Part shown: piece by piece, positions 1-10,833 of the stretch
How positions within the stretch are numbered: position 1 is the first letter of the stretch
Layout: each line of letters opens with the position of its first letter
DNA from: Pyrinomonadaceae bacterium
GTDB lineage: Bacteria; Acidobacteriota; Blastocatellia; Pyrinomonadales; Pyrinomonadaceae
NCBI GenBank assembly: GCA_028284415.1
Contig: JANQRU010000007.1
Coordinates: 969,243 to 1,033,242 of the forward strand
DNA: 64,000 nt
Direction: 5' to 3'
Made by a program: the position numbers and the translations under genes
Notes under the pieces: generated by a model
Seen by the model: the letters and a program-made list of their open reading frames with translations, nothing else
What the model was told of the DNA's origin: nothing
Databases searched by the model: none

Positions 1-79
1 ATTGATTTTTTAACCTAGCTCTTGCGAACTAGGCTTTACGCTGGTCGCCCATTTTCATGGGCTGAAATCAGGAGAACTA

Positions 80-1144
80 CTACTTTGCCAAGCTATACCA
101 AGTTGCACGAGCCTTACCGTGTTGTTCGATGTGTTTGTCGGCGACGAGTTCGCGGAGGCGGACTTTTATTGTGTTGCGGTTGGCTTTGGTGAGAGTTTCT
201 ATCTCAGAGATGTTTAGGCGTTCGTGTTCACGCAAAAGTTTGAGGATTTTGGCGGAGAGTTTAGGGAGTTTTTGAGCGAGTAATCTTTCGCGTTCCAGTT
301 TTCGGGCGAGATTGTCCTTTTGTTTTTTGAGACATTTTAGGAAAAATTCGATCCATGCCGCCCAATCGGGTTTGTCTTCTCTGAAACTTCTTTGAGTTTT
401 TCGCAAGGCTTCGTAATAAAGGTCTTTGTTTTCTTCGATGATACTTTCGAGTGATGAATAAGGAACATATTCGTAACCGAAGCGAAGGAGCAAAAGCGTC
501 GTCAAAATCCTTGAGATTCTGCCGTTGCCGTCTTGAAACGGATGAACGGCTAAAAATGACACAATGAAAATTGCTACGATTAAAAGCGGATGGAGTATTT
601 CCTCTTCGTTTGTCCAAGCAATGAGTCTTTCCATTTCAAACGGGGTCTGAAATGGTGTTGCAGTTTCAAAAACGATGCCAATCTCTTTACCGTCTGCATC
701 AAACGCAACGACATTATTTGGTGATTTCTTATAGTTCCCTCGATGGGACTTATCTTTTGTGCTGAATTTTAAGAGAGATGAATGAAGTTGCTTGATGTGA
801 TTTTCGGTTAAATCCAATTCTTGCCAAGATTCAAAAATCAAATCCATCGTTTCTGCATATCCGGCAACTTCCTGTTCATCTCTAGATTTAAATGAATAGG
901 TTTTCAGATTAGCAAGCAAGGTTTCAACTTCTCTGTCAGAAAGTTTTACGCCTTCGATCCGTGTCGAAGAACCAACGCTTTCAATTGTTGCCACACGCCT
1001 TAATGACGAAAGTCTGTCAGGTGAAAGATTAGAAAAAACCTCCCATTTCCCTTTAAATTCATCAATTTCAGAAATAAGCTTTATGACTTCATGGGAAGGC
1101 TTATAATCTTTTGAAACATTAACAATTGCATCAAGCATACCCAA
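80..1144 (-). CDS. Fic family protein (Fic/DOC domain with C-terminal winged-helix)
   Basis: Canonical Fic motif HPFQDGNGRISR is seen in the translation. The 354-aa length and C-terminal basic helix region are typical of Fic-wHTH proteins. Confidence 0.85.
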   Translation of the reverse strand: MGMLDAIVNVSKDYKPSHEVIKLISEIDEFKGKWEVFSNLSPDRLSSLRRVATIESVGSSTRIEGVKLSDREVETLLANLKTYSFKSRDEQEVAGYAETMDLIFESWQELDLTENHIKQLHSSLLKFSTKDKSHRGNYKKSPNNVVAFDADGKEIGIVFETATPFQTPFEMERLIAWTNEEEILHPLLIVAIFIVSFLAVHPFQDGNGRISRILTTLLLLRFGYEYVPYSSLESIIEENKDLYYEALRKTQRSFREDKPDWAAWIEFFLKCLKKQKDNLARKLERERLLAQKLPKLSAKILKLLREHERLNISEIETLTKANRNTIKVRLRELVADKHIEQHGKARATWYSLAK

Positions 1145-1729
1145 TAATATACCCGATTACACCCAATTTGGAAACCTGACAAGATTAACCTTTTTTCATC
1201 TTCTAACGTGTCTTGATGGTCTTTGAAAACACCTTCGGAATACCGCAATGAAACATTGTGCTAAAGCAATAAGGAATTTTGCTTTTTGCTAATTTGGCTA
1301 AAGCCAATAGTTTCTTCATAAAGTATCCTCCAACTGAAGTTGGAGGCAAGTTATAAGAAAAGAGAATTTCCACTTTATAACTTGCCACTAGCTTGAGCTA
1401 GTGGATAGCTAAAACAAGAAAACACAAGGCTTTAGCCGAAAATCAAATAAAAGTAAATTCCTTACAGCTTTAGCTAAATTTATTACGGCTTTATCTTTTC
1501 AAAGACCATAAAGGCACGCCTAAATTTACGAAGGTTGCTGACGCGACTTGAAATGTGTTGTTTATACATTTTGAAACATTCTCTTCTATCAAAATCAAAG
1601 AAGGAATGTTATATTAAATTTATAAAAGCTGACCAATTTAATCCTTTTACATAGAAATTTCGCTTGATGATTTTTAAATAAATCAAGCCTAAATTTTTGT
1701 GTGTTTTATTAAAATATTTGGAGGCTTTT

Positions 1730-3364
1730 ATGAATAGATTTATTGTTTCGATTTTGCTGTTATTTGTCTTTCTTTGTTCGGGAGTTAAAACGAATGCAGA
1801 GGATAATTTACCGACTTATGCTTTTGTTAACGGGAATTGGTTTAATGGCAAAAGTTTTGAGAAGAAAGACTTTTTTTCCGTTAAGGGAATCCTTACCAAC
1901 AGCAAGCCTCAGAAAATTGATTATGTAATTGATCTTAAAGATAATTATGTAATTCCGCCCTATGGTGAGGCTCACAATCATAATTTGGACCAGCCGAGAG
2001 GGATTCAAAATCAAATCCGTATGTATCTGCGGGATGGAGTTTTTTATTCAAAGAATCAGAGCCACGTTCCTTTGCAAACCAATAAAATTCGGGATTTAGT
2101 TAATAAACGTTCGAGCGTTGATGTGTCTTACGCAAATGGCGGTTTGGGTGCGAGCGGCGGACACATTGTTGAAATCTATGAGAGATTTTTAAGGAGAGGA
2201 TTTTTCAGAAACATAGCTCCCAATTGGCAAAATAAAGATTTGGATACAAAGGCTTTTTTCCTGATCAATAATGAAAAGGATTTACTGGAAAAATGGGAAT
2301 TAGTTCTTAAAGATAAACCCGATTTTATCAAAACTTTTCTCGAATACTCCGAAGAATACGAAAAACGAAAAGATGATCCTGCCTTTTATGGAGCAAAGGG
2401 TATAAAACCCGAGATTTTACGCCAGATTGTTGAAAAAGCTCACAAAGCAAATTTGCGTGTTTCTACGCATATTGAAACAGCCACAGATTTTCGCAACGCA
2501 GTTCTCGCCGGTGCCGATGAAATTGCTCATATGCCCGGTTATAAAATCCCAGAAAATGCAGATATTTCTAAATTTCAGCTTACCAAAGAAGATGCAAAAT
2601 TAGCCGCCGAAAAAGGAACGGTAGTTTTAACAACGACGCATTTGAGTAACAATCTGTTTAGAAATAATCCGAAACAGCTTAAGGTAGTAAAAAAGAATTA
2701 CATACGGAATCTGAAATTGCTTTACGAAAACGGTGTCAAAATCGCTCTCGGTAGCGATGATTATGGTACAACTTCTTTAAGTGAAGCGTTAAACCTCTAT
2801 GAATTTAAGGTATTTGATAATTTATCACTTCTGAAATACTGGTGTGAAGAAACGGCGAAAACTATTTTCCCGAAACGGAAAATAGGACATTTGAAAGAAG
2901 GTTTTGAAGCAAGTTTTATAACTCTAAAAGGCAATCCACTTGAAGATTTTATGAATGTCAGACGAATTAATTTGCGATTCAAACAAGGAATGCCGTTAAA
3001 TCTGAAACTCACCGAAGAAGAAAATTTTACAAATTTAATTTTTACCGAAGGGACAAAAAAGGCAATCTCAATTTATGAACAAAAGAGAAAGAATAATCCT
3101 TATATATATTCTTTCAGTGAAAGAAGTTTCAACCGCCTCGGTTATCAATTTATCAGAGAAAGAAAAATTAAGGACGCTCTGGAAATTTTTAAGCTAATCG
3201 TCAAAGAATATCCAAACTCAGCAAATGCCTACGACAGCTTAGCCGAAGCCTATCAGCTGAACGGAAGTAAAGAATTGGCAATTAGGAATTATCAAATATC
3301 TTTGAAATTAAATCCCGAGAATGAAAATGCAAGAGATAAATTAAAGGAACTTCGGACTAAATAA
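1730..3364 (+). CDS. Secreted amidohydrolase-family metal-dependent hydrolase with C-terminal TPR repeats
   Basis: Start refined to the ATG at 1730, with GGAGG 8 nt upstream and the signal peptide MNRFIVSILLLFVFLCSG. It carries an EAHNH metal-binding-like motif and amidohydrolase-like organisation. The C-terminus has TPR-like repeats (ANAYDSLAEAY...AIRNYQISLKLNPENENA). Confidence 0.6.
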   Translation: MNRFIVSILLLFVFLCSGVKTNAEDNLPTYAFVNGNWFNGKSFEKKDFFSVKGILTNSKPQKIDYVIDLKDNYVIPPYGEAHNHNLDQPRGIQNQIRMYLRDGVFYSKNQSHVPLQTNKIRDLVNKRSSVDVSYANGGLGASGGHIVEIYERFLRRGFFRNIAPNWQNKDLDTKAFFLINNEKDLLEKWELVLKDKPDFIKTFLEYSEEYEKRKDDPAFYGAKGIKPEILRQIVEKAHKANLRVSTHIETATDFRNAVLAGADEIAHMPGYKIPENADISKFQLTKEDAKLAAEKGTVVLTTTHLSNNLFRNNPKQLKVVKKNYIRNLKLLYENGVKIALGSDDYGTTSLSEALNLYEFKVFDNLSLLKYWCEETAKTIFPKRKIGHLKEGFEASFITLKGNPLEDFMNVRRINLRFKQGMPLNLKLTEEENFTNLIFTEGTKKAISIYEQKRKNNPYIYSFSERSFNRLGYQFIRERKIKDALEIFKLIVKEYPNSANAYDSLAEAYQLNGSKELAIRNYQISLKLNPENENARDKLKELRTK

Positions 3365-3416
3365 AATACTGTAAAAGTTTAGATATTTAATCTGTCCAAA
3401 CTGTAAAAGCTATGAT

Positions 3417-4031
3417 TTAACTGTTTGAAATCGGCTTTTTATCTTTGAGATGCCTTGTCGTATTTTCGGTAACGGATGAAAATTCTGTTTGTGCAGAGGG
3501 CGGCATCAGTAGTTCATTGGTAGTTGCGTTTATACTATTCGATTGAGGAACAGCTTCGTTTTCGGGAGATGATAACTCGCCACCCCGTTTTTTGGGTACG
3601 GTGAAAAACATACCGTTTATGATTATGGCAAAGCCGATGAACATCGTGATCAATCCCATTGCAGAAACGACGACTATTTCGGGGTCAACTAAAATACTAG
3701 CGACAAGAAAACCTACGGCGACGCCTAAGCCGACAAAAGAAACGGTGCTACCGATTCGCAGGCGACGCAATTTTCTCTGTTCGGGAGATTCAAGAAATTT
3801 TTCGATTTCGGGGAGAACCTCTTCAGCAAATTGACTGAGTTGGGAGGAATCATTTGTTTGCTGAATTTTTGCAGCGACAGCTCTGCCGATCTCATCGTGT
3901 GCTGAAACTTTCGAAGTAGCAAAGCTATCAGGCGTTTCCATCATCACACGGACGCTGCTTAAATTTGTTCCGCAAGCACGACAAAACTGATTTTGATTAT
4001 CTTCGTTTGAACCGCAGTTTGGACAAAACAT
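3417..4031 (-). CDS. Zinc-ribbon domain membrane protein
   Basis: The N-terminus has CPNCG...CRACG (a C4 zinc ribbon). The C-terminal half has two hydrophobic TM segments. Confidence 0.6.
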   Translation of the reverse strand: MFCPNCGSNEDNQNQFCRACGTNLSSVRVMMETPDSFATSKVSAHDEIGRAVAAKIQQTNDSSQLSQFAEEVLPEIEKFLESPEQRKLRRLRIGSTVSFVGLGVAVGFLVASILVDPEIVVVSAMGLITMFIGFAIIINGMFFTVPKKRGGELSSPENEAVPQSNSINATTNELLMPPSAQTEFSSVTENTTRHLKDKKPISNS

Positions 4032-4094
4032 CTCTTTATAGAATCTCCTGTTTTATTTTTCCTATCTATTATACGCTAAAACGCAAAACAGAGT

Positions 4095-5696
4095 TCAAGG
4101 AGTCAAACCAATTCTAGGTTCTTGCAAAGGCAGATCAATCAACAAAGGGCGATGATCGGAAAGCCTGTCTTCGATCGCTTCATTTACATCCTGAAGGGTT
4201 CTGCCAAAATGCGGTGCAAAACGATACGGCTCATCGTCTTCATCAGGTTCATTGAGTTTGTAGGGCTTTACGAAAAACCAATCAAGTTTGTATTTTCCAA
4301 TAAATCCGATCGGTCTTTTTACCTGATAAGTTGTTTCAAACCCCTTTTCAGCCCTTTGATTAGAATTTGCAAAATCACTATCGCGTCCGTTTGAAGAGCG
4401 TAATTTATCACCGCGAAAATCAAAGGAGTTCCCATCAGAAAAGCGGAAATCCTCTAATCTGTTAAAAAACTTTCTTGCCGGATTTGGTGAGAAAAACGGA
4501 ATATGTCTGACGGTCGGGTCACCCTGCGTTCTCCCAAATGTAATTCCGCCAATAAAAATATCCTCGACCAAACCAAATCCAAGTGCGTAAGAGATTCCTT
4601 TTTTTAACCAAAATTTTGTGCTTCCGAATCGTTTAGCTAATTCCCTCTGAATTGATGTCGGACGCAAATCTTTTCCCGAAGTGTTCATATCGCCCGCAAG
4701 TATCACAGGATTTTTAATGTCTTTAATATCTCCGAGTATTTCTTCCAATTGCTTAACTCTTCCCTTCGATTTAGTTCTGTTTTCCAGATGAGTTCCAACA
4801 ATTGTTACACGTCCCTCCGGAAATCTTTCATCAACGATGTCTGCATAAAGCGTGGTACGTCCGCCGCGTCTGACCTCACGCAAAGTTTTCTCTAGAAAAA
4901 CTTCTTCCGTTATCTTTCTTTTTCCTTGTTCTAAAATGCTCGGACCATCTTTTTCTGATTCGTACCAGTTATAAGGCTGATGCTCAAATGGCACAAGGCG
5001 GACATTTTCTAATGGAAAACGGCTTAAAATAGCTACGCCATGAAGTCCTTTGTAGCGTTCAGGCTTGACCCTTATTATTTCCAGAGCTTCATTTTCTTCT
5101 GCTTTTTCGCTCTTCTTTTCGCGGCTTAAATTAACTGCACTTAACTCTACAAACTGAACTCCGAACGCATAATTCATCTTCAAACTTTTTGCGAGATCAG
5201 CCGTGACATTTCTATAATCCGAACGCTTCATTCCCCAATCAACTTCATTAAGAATTATCACATCCGCTTTTTGCAAAGCTTCTACCTGCTCAAGAATATT
5301 GCTTCTCTTTTTGCTCCCTTTTGGAAATTTCGTTTCATCTAAGAGAGTTATGAATTTCTCCATATCGGAAAATGCTGCTTCAATAGCTTCATACTCCAAG
5401 CCGCGTTCGATGTTCCAAAGAGCTACCCGCAAATGTTCGCCGAGTTCGGGTGAAGTTTCCAGTTTGATTGATTTATTTGAAGCGTAGGAATTATCAACAA
5501 AAGGTGTCGTTAACAAACGATTCAATTTATTTTCGAGTGGTTCGGGAAGCTCTTTTTTGTCATAAAGTGTGGTTAGTTCTTCATAAGACAAAGTTGGTGG
5601 AGAGTTTTCTGGCTTTGCGATTACGAAAGAAGAGACCAATAAAATCAAAATAAAACTTTTGATTATCAATTTGCCGAACGTTTTTACCTTGTACAT
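4095..5696 (-). CDS. Endonuclease/exonuclease/phosphatase (EEP) family protein, secreted
   Basis: Signal peptide is present. EEP hallmarks LRVALWNIERG and ADVIILNEVDWG are seen, with an ORF length of 533 aa. Confidence 0.7.
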   Translation of the reverse strand: MYKVKTFGKLIIKSFILILLVSSFVIAKPENSPPTLSYEELTTLYDKKELPEPLENKLNRLLTTPFVDNSYASNKSIKLETSPELGEHLRVALWNIERGLEYEAIEAAFSDMEKFITLLDETKFPKGSKKRSNILEQVEALQKADVIILNEVDWGMKRSDYRNVTADLAKSLKMNYAFGVQFVELSAVNLSREKKSEKAEENEALEIIRVKPERYKGLHGVAILSRFPLENVRLVPFEHQPYNWYESEKDGPSILEQGKRKITEEVFLEKTLREVRRGGRTTLYADIVDERFPEGRVTIVGTHLENRTKSKGRVKQLEEILGDIKDIKNPVILAGDMNTSGKDLRPTSIQRELAKRFGSTKFWLKKGISYALGFGLVEDIFIGGITFGRTQGDPTVRHIPFFSPNPARKFFNRLEDFRFSDGNSFDFRGDKLRSSNGRDSDFANSNQRAEKGFETTYQVKRPIGFIGKYKLDWFFVKPYKLNEPDEDDEPYRFAPHFGRTLQDVNEAIEDRLSDHRPLLIDLPLQEPRIGLTP

Positions 5697-5802
5697 AGAC
5701 CCATATTTTTTCTAATCGGGAAGAAGATTAGACGGTTTTCTGATTTTGTGATTTTTTATTCAAGGGGATTCTAGCAAATATATCTGATTTACAGTAAGTT
5801 TT

Positions 5803-6930
5803 TCAACGTCGGCTTTGTTCTACTTTCAAAACTTTTGCGATAAATTGCTTTTCTCCTTCCGATAAATTGATATTTTCGGGCTTAAGTTTTTTATCAGGTT
5901 TATACCAGAAAAATTGCGAATAGAAGTTTTTGATCTGTTTATCCTTGAAATCATATCCGCGAACGGCAAAGAAATAATTTCGGATATAACGCAATTGCAA
6001 CGGTGATAATTCTGCAAGTTCTTCTTCCGTATGCCCTTCCCAAGGAGACAAATCAAAATAAGGCACAACTTTTTTCAGATTTTGTGGCTCAGTGCATTCC
6101 TTTGCAAAATCGCACCAACGGGAAACCCAGCCTGCCGCCCAATTATATTCTCCTATCAAAATGTCATTGTCAGGCTTAAATTTTTTCTCCCTTAATTTTA
6201 GATAACCGTGATTAAGATGTGCCATTCTGATCTTTGGATTATCTTCACCAAACCAAGCTCTGGGCGTTGGCGAAATTACTCCATCTCCAACGATTTTCCA
6301 GTCGGCGAGTTTTTCATCTTTCCGAAAAGATGCAGGAATAAAGTAAACACCATTATCAAGATGCACCTGCAACTCAAAATCATCTATCTGTTTATTTGCC
6401 CAACGCTTTCCGGTCGTGATCTGATAATCAAAATTTCGCTGTGTCTCAACTGACATTCCGCCTAAAAATCTATATGTGTGGCGGATTTTGTTTGTTCCCC
6501 GTTTGAATGTAACAGGAAAGTAATAAACAAAATCATTACCTCTCACGGACATATCGCCCATTTTGAAGGATGTATCTTTCATTTTTTTTATTTTGTAAGG
6601 GATATTTTTACCATTTACCAATACTGTAAAACCTGAAATTTTCGGATGCTTCTGCTCTTCTTCGGTTACATCCCCATCAGCTGGCGGAGTTACAAAACCG
6701 ACAGTTACGGTCTTAGCCTTGCCGGGATTATAAAACTCAAAATCTATTTCGACATCCATATATTTGAAGTCCCGAACATAAAACTTGAGCAATTCTTTCT
6801 TCAGCGAAACTTGTGTTTCCTGAAGCGGAATCAGAGTGTTTCCCTTTGCATAAAAAACACCATCATTTGCCATTGAGAAACTACTTAAAAATAAAAGGCT
6901 GATAATAAATCCCAAAATAAGTTTTTTCAT
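5803..6930 (-). CDS. Secreted YARHG-domain protein (N-terminal DUF4424-like region)
   Basis: Signal peptide is present. The C-terminal LRYIRNYFFAVRGYDFKD matches the YARHG motif pattern (LRNEIYARHGYxFKD). Confidence 0.6.
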   Translation of the reverse strand: MKKLILGFIISLLFLSSFSMANDGVFYAKGNTLIPLQETQVSLKKELLKFYVRDFKYMDVEIDFEFYNPGKAKTVTVGFVTPPADGDVTEEEQKHPKISGFTVLVNGKNIPYKIKKMKDTSFKMGDMSVRGNDFVYYFPVTFKRGTNKIRHTYRFLGGMSVETQRNFDYQITTGKRWANKQIDDFELQVHLDNGVYFIPASFRKDEKLADWKIVGDGVISPTPRAWFGEDNPKIRMAHLNHGYLKLREKKFKPDNDILIGEYNWAAGWVSRWCDFAKECTEPQNLKKVVPYFDLSPWEGHTEEELAELSPLQLRYIRNYFFAVRGYDFKDKQIKNFYSQFFWYKPDKKLKPENINLSEGEKQFIAKVLKVEQSRR

Positions 6931-7054
6931 AATTGATCTCCTAAAAATATGTCTGCAAATAAAATAACTTCTTATTAAATTTTCAAATTATATTTCTTCT
7001 ATTATTATAACTTTTTTCTTAAGATTTCTTGCATCTTTTCGTATCTGCTTATAT

Positions 7055-7110
7055 AAAAAAAAGACTGTAAAAGAAACAGATAAACTCATTTCTTTTACAG
7101 TCTTTTTTCT
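7055..7110. terminator. Bidirectional intrinsic terminator downstream of the MOSC gene
   Basis: AAGACTGTAAAAGAAA / TTTCTTTTACAGTCTT 16-bp stem flanked by A8 and T6. Confidence 0.65.
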
Positions 7111-7122
7111 CTTTCTAATTAT

Positions 7123-7680
7123 TCAAACTTTCTTAACGGTATCACCGACCTTTACTGTTCCAGCTTCAATGACCTTTGCGTTTATACCTCTTAAATGCAA
7201 TTCCTTTCCAATCGGTGAATTTACGAATTTTACTGCATCAATACCAAAACGTTCTGTAAATTTTTTACAACCGTTGTGGGGAATTTCAGTTACTTCAACA
7301 ATTGCAGAGCCGATTTTCATGCGGCTTCCGGGCGGTAGGTTTTTATCGCTCAAATTCATATCAATATAAAGTTGATCCCCTGCAAGTTTCCAGCGATCTT
7401 TGTCTTGAGCGACGAGTGCAGCAGAGCGTGAATTCATAATGTTCAATTGCATATCAGGATGCCCGAAACCATCGTTTGTTCTCGAACTTCCGCGAGTTTT
7501 CCAGTTATCACCGATCAAACCAAGCTCCAGATCGAGTTTACCTTCCTCTAAAACTTCTCTTTCGTTTTCTGCGGGACGACAAACAATCATTTCCAAAATC
7601 CCTTCATCCAAAGGTGATTTTTTGATTTCATCAACTCCTGCCTCAAGTTCGTTCATAGTCAAATGTCTGACTTCTGCCAT
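7123..7680 (-). CDS. MOSC domain-containing protein (YiiM-like)
   Basis: Length of about 185 aa. The MOSC beta-barrel region has a conserved Cys (PHNGCKKFTERFG). It overlaps the upstream gene by 22 bp; the alternative start MNELEAG at 7656 removes the overlap. Confidence 0.6.
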   Translation of the reverse strand: MAEVRHLTMNELEAGVDEIKKSPLDEGILEMIVCRPAENEREVLEEGKLDLELGLIGDNWKTRGSSRTNDGFGHPDMQLNIMNSRSAALVAQDKDRWKLAGDQLYIDMNLSDKNLPPGSRMKIGSAIVEVTEIPHNGCKKFTERFGIDAVKFVNSPIGKELHLRGINAKVIEAGTVKVGDTVKKV

Positions 7681-8876
7681 CTAAATTGCTCTCTCCTTTT
7701 TGTAAAAGATAATTCCTCAACCGGAACTATTCGGAAGATTTTATCATCGCCCTGTTTTGTGTCACCACGCCCATCCCGATTTGAAGTTGAAAAATATATA
7801 TGACCAGCGGGGCTTACCGCAACCTCACGAATTCTTCCATACTTTTTCTTAAACAAATACTCTTGTGCGATGACCTTTCGCCCTTCGATTACAAGACGAA
7901 CCACAGCTTGCCCTTTTAACGCACCGAAAAAGAAATTGTTTCGATATGCTGGAAAAGCTTCGCCACGATAAAATGCTCCGCTCGCAGGTGCGACTGCGGG
8001 AGAATACTCAACCAGAGGCGTTTCCATACCCTTCTTTGTCATCTTATGCGAAATCTTTGCCCAGCCATAATTTTTCCCACGTTTGACCAAATTTATTTCA
8101 TCACCCCCAGTGCGTTTTTTAAACCACGAAACGCCATCAATAAAGCTCGGTCCGTGTTCGGTCTGAAACATCTCTTTTGTCTCGGGATGCCAATCCATAC
8201 CTTGAGCATTTCGATGCCCGTAAGACCAAATTTCAGGACGTGCGTTTTTAGTTTTGATAAAGGGATTATCTTCGGGAATCGTTCCATCGTCATTGAGTCG
8301 TAAAGTTTTCCCATTTATCGAACTCAATTTTTGAGCCGTCTTCTGCTTGGTTGCATCGCCTGTCGTTATGTAAAGTTTTTTATCAACAGGCGAAAAACCC
8401 AAACGTGTCCCCGCATGAAATTTTGCAGCAGGAATTCCTTCGATAATTGTCTTAGGATTTTCTAAGGCAGTGCCTGCTTCTTCATAACGGCTGACACGAA
8501 CAAATTTATCGCCGTCCTTCTCGTAAACATAGGCAAAATAAAGCCAACGGTTTTCTGTAAACTCAGGATGCAAGACCATGCCCATTAATCCCGTTTCGCT
8601 TGAAAGACGAACATCAGGCAAGGTATGAAGAGGCTTTTCCCTTAACTTCCCGTCTTTTTCTATCACACGAATTCTGCCCGGACGTTCGGTAAAGAAAACC
8701 CTTCCGTCGGGAGCAAAAGCAATTGACCAAGGAACTTCCAAATTTGTTGCTACCGTTTCAACCCTAAATTTCGGAGATTCTTTCGGCAAAGGCAAATCCT
8801 TATCATCTGCCGTCTGGCAGTTCACTAAAACAGGTAGTAAAGATAATAAAACAAAACTCAAAATCTTTTTTTTCAT
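7659..8876 (-). CDS. PQQ-dependent sugar dehydrogenase (soluble glucose/sorbosone dehydrogenase family)
   Basis: Signal peptide is present. It has beta-propeller GSDH motifs (GHRNAQGMDWHP, EHGP), and the 405-aa length is typical of the YliI-like family. Confidence 0.7.
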   Translation of the reverse strand: MKKKILSFVLLSLLPVLVNCQTADDKDLPLPKESPKFRVETVATNLEVPWSIAFAPDGRVFFTERPGRIRVIEKDGKLREKPLHTLPDVRLSSETGLMGMVLHPEFTENRWLYFAYVYEKDGDKFVRVSRYEEAGTALENPKTIIEGIPAAKFHAGTRLGFSPVDKKLYITTGDATKQKTAQKLSSINGKTLRLNDDGTIPEDNPFIKTKNARPEIWSYGHRNAQGMDWHPETKEMFQTEHGPSFIDGVSWFKKRTGGDEINLVKRGKNYGWAKISHKMTKKGMETPLVEYSPAVAPASGAFYRGEAFPAYRNNFFFGALKGQAVVRLVIEGRKVIAQEYLFKKKYGRIREVAVSPAGHIYFSTSNRDGRGDTKQGDDKIFRIVPVEELSFTKRREQFRWQKSDI

Positions 8877-8907
8877 AATTTCTCTGTGTATTTGGGGGGA
8901 GTAAACA

Positions 8908-10137
8908 TTATTTCAAACTTGCGTAAACCTTCCCTAAAAACTCATCAATCTTGTTGTTTGAAATCCAACGGGCAACGATCACCAAGTCATTTTTTCGGTC
9001 AATGTAAACCATATTTGTCCCATTTCCTAAAAAAGCAATCGTGCCTTCGGGTGCACTCGGGTACATTTTTTTGTCCGTGTTTACGAAGAAATTCATAAAC
9101 CCATAAGTTGGCTGCGGAACACTTGGAGTTTCTGCCATTTTTAAGAATTTCTTTGAAAGAATCCGTTTGTTTCTCCAAGTTCCTTCACGTTCAACTAATA
9201 AACCGAAACGAGCCATATCTCTGGCATTGATAAACATTCCGCCCCCCCAATGTCCGCCACCACTGACTGACTGCATTATCTGCCCGTCAATCAAAACATA
9301 GGAATTTTCATACCCGTGCCAACGCCATGTCTGTGATGCACCAATCTCGTCCATCAGATGTTTCTTTAAAACCTGTGGAAGTGGTTTTCGCCAAACATTC
9401 AAAGCAGTCAGAGCAAGTAAATTAACCCGAACATCATTGTATTCATAGACAGTTCCCGGATTATTTCTTTCGCGTGTCAGCCAAGTTCTGCGATCACGCG
9501 AAGGTCTGTCTGCCCAGTCGGGTTTGTTCCAGAGAGTTCCTTCCCAATCGCTGTTCTGTTGCAAAAGGTGTATCCAAGTAATTTTTTTGTTGTGTTCGCT
9601 TTCAAAGAGTTTGAGAAATTTTGATTTGCCAAATTTTTCAGCATCATCAAATCTTTGCATTGGATTATAAGCTGATACGGGAGCCATTTCTTTGTAAACA
9701 GGCACATCAAGATTTGGAATTAACTTGCGATCATAAGCCAAACCAACCGTTGCGGTTAAGAAACTTTTCGTAACCGAATGAGTCATATCAACCCGCATTG
9801 GCTCGCCCCATTCGGCAATGATATAACCATTGCGAATAATTATCCCGGTCATATCACCACGAAACTTAAACGGTCCGATGGCTTCGCCAAACGGCTCGCG
9901 TCCGAATGTCTGTGCTTGTCCAAGTTCTTGATCTCGCGGTGCTGTTGATTCATTTGCTTTAGCAAAATCAATCGCTTCTTTTAGTTTTTCTGCATCAAAC
10001 TTTGCACTTTCGGGTGTCTTTGTTTCCCATTTTTCTTTGGCTGGAAAATATGTGTTTTGAGCAAAAGCTGAAAAAGAAAAAGTTACAAAAACTAAAAGAA
10101 TATAATAAATGTTTTTTGGAAAATTCAATCTTTGCAT
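8908..10137 (-). CDS. Serine hydrolase, beta-lactamase/transpeptidase-like family
   Basis: Signal peptide is present. It carries an S-x-x-K active-site motif (SVTK) and overall class C beta-lactamase-like features. Confidence 0.6.
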   Translation of the reverse strand: MQRLNFPKNIYYILLVFVTFSFSAFAQNTYFPAKEKWETKTPESAKFDAEKLKEAIDFAKANESTAPRDQELGQAQTFGREPFGEAIGPFKFRGDMTGIIIRNGYIIAEWGEPMRVDMTHSVTKSFLTATVGLAYDRKLIPNLDVPVYKEMAPVSAYNPMQRFDDAEKFGKSKFLKLFESEHNKKITWIHLLQQNSDWEGTLWNKPDWADRPSRDRRTWLTRERNNPGTVYEYNDVRVNLLALTALNVWRKPLPQVLKKHLMDEIGASQTWRWHGYENSYVLIDGQIMQSVSGGGHWGGGMFINARDMARFGLLVEREGTWRNKRILSKKFLKMAETPSVPQPTYGFMNFFVNTDKKMYPSAPEGTIAFLGNGTNMVYIDRKNDLVIVARWISNNKIDEFLGKVYASLK

Positions 10138-10249
10138 ACTTTAAAATGGATTTATTTATTGAAATTAGTACCAATCATAATACAGCTAAATACCTTTATT
10201 ATAATCAACTGTTATATTAAAATATCTTAACAAAGCAAGGAGCTAGATT

Positions 10250-10807
10250 ATGAATAAAACTTTCTTCTCATTTATCTCAATAATTTTGTTTAGTCTCTGC
10301 ATATTCGGGCAAAAAACCAGTACGATATATGACTTCAGCGGAACTTGGGAACTAGATGAAAAAGCAAGTTTACTTACTAAAAAGCAAAGAGAAAAGACAA
10401 AAGACTACAAACTAATTATTAATGATAAAGGCAATAAAATACTAATTAATGTTAGTTATCTCTTGGAAAATGACAACTACGAAAAAAAGATTGTGTTAAA
10501 TGCCGATAATAGCGATGAAAAAAGTTTTGATTTTAAAAACGGAAAGCAAATACGCGAAATAAATTCAACAACTTACAGAAAAAAAAACGTTATTTACCGA
10601 AGTTATATTAGGAAAATGCCTTTTGGAAAAAAAAACACTCTAAACTTTAAAGTTACAGAAAAATACAAGCTCTCAAAAAAAGAAGATAAAATCACCCTAA
10701 CTATAAACGGCAAATTGATTTCCACATCCGATATTAGACTTTCTGAAGTCTTTTCTGGTAGCCAAATGTATACCAAAGAAAAATATGTTTTCCGCAAACA
10801 AAAATAA
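10250..10807 (+). CDS. Hypothetical secreted Lys-rich protein
   Basis: Signal peptide only. No recognisable domain. Confidence 0.45.
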   Translation: MNKTFFSFISIILFSLCIFGQKTSTIYDFSGTWELDEKASLLTKKQREKTKDYKLIINDKGNKILINVSYLLENDNYEKKIVLNADNSDEKSFDFKNGKQIREINSTTYRKKNVIYRSYIRKMPFGKKNTLNFKVTEKYKLSKKEDKITLTINGKLISTSDIRLSEVFSGSQMYTKEKYVFRKQK

Positions 10808-10833
10808 TCTACTTCTGGAGTCTAGTTATATTT

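Noticed and set aside
1203-1388. 61-aa ORF in the Fic upstream region
   Set aside because: It overlaps three perfect hairpins, has no RBS and its composition is atypical. It is probably non-coding.
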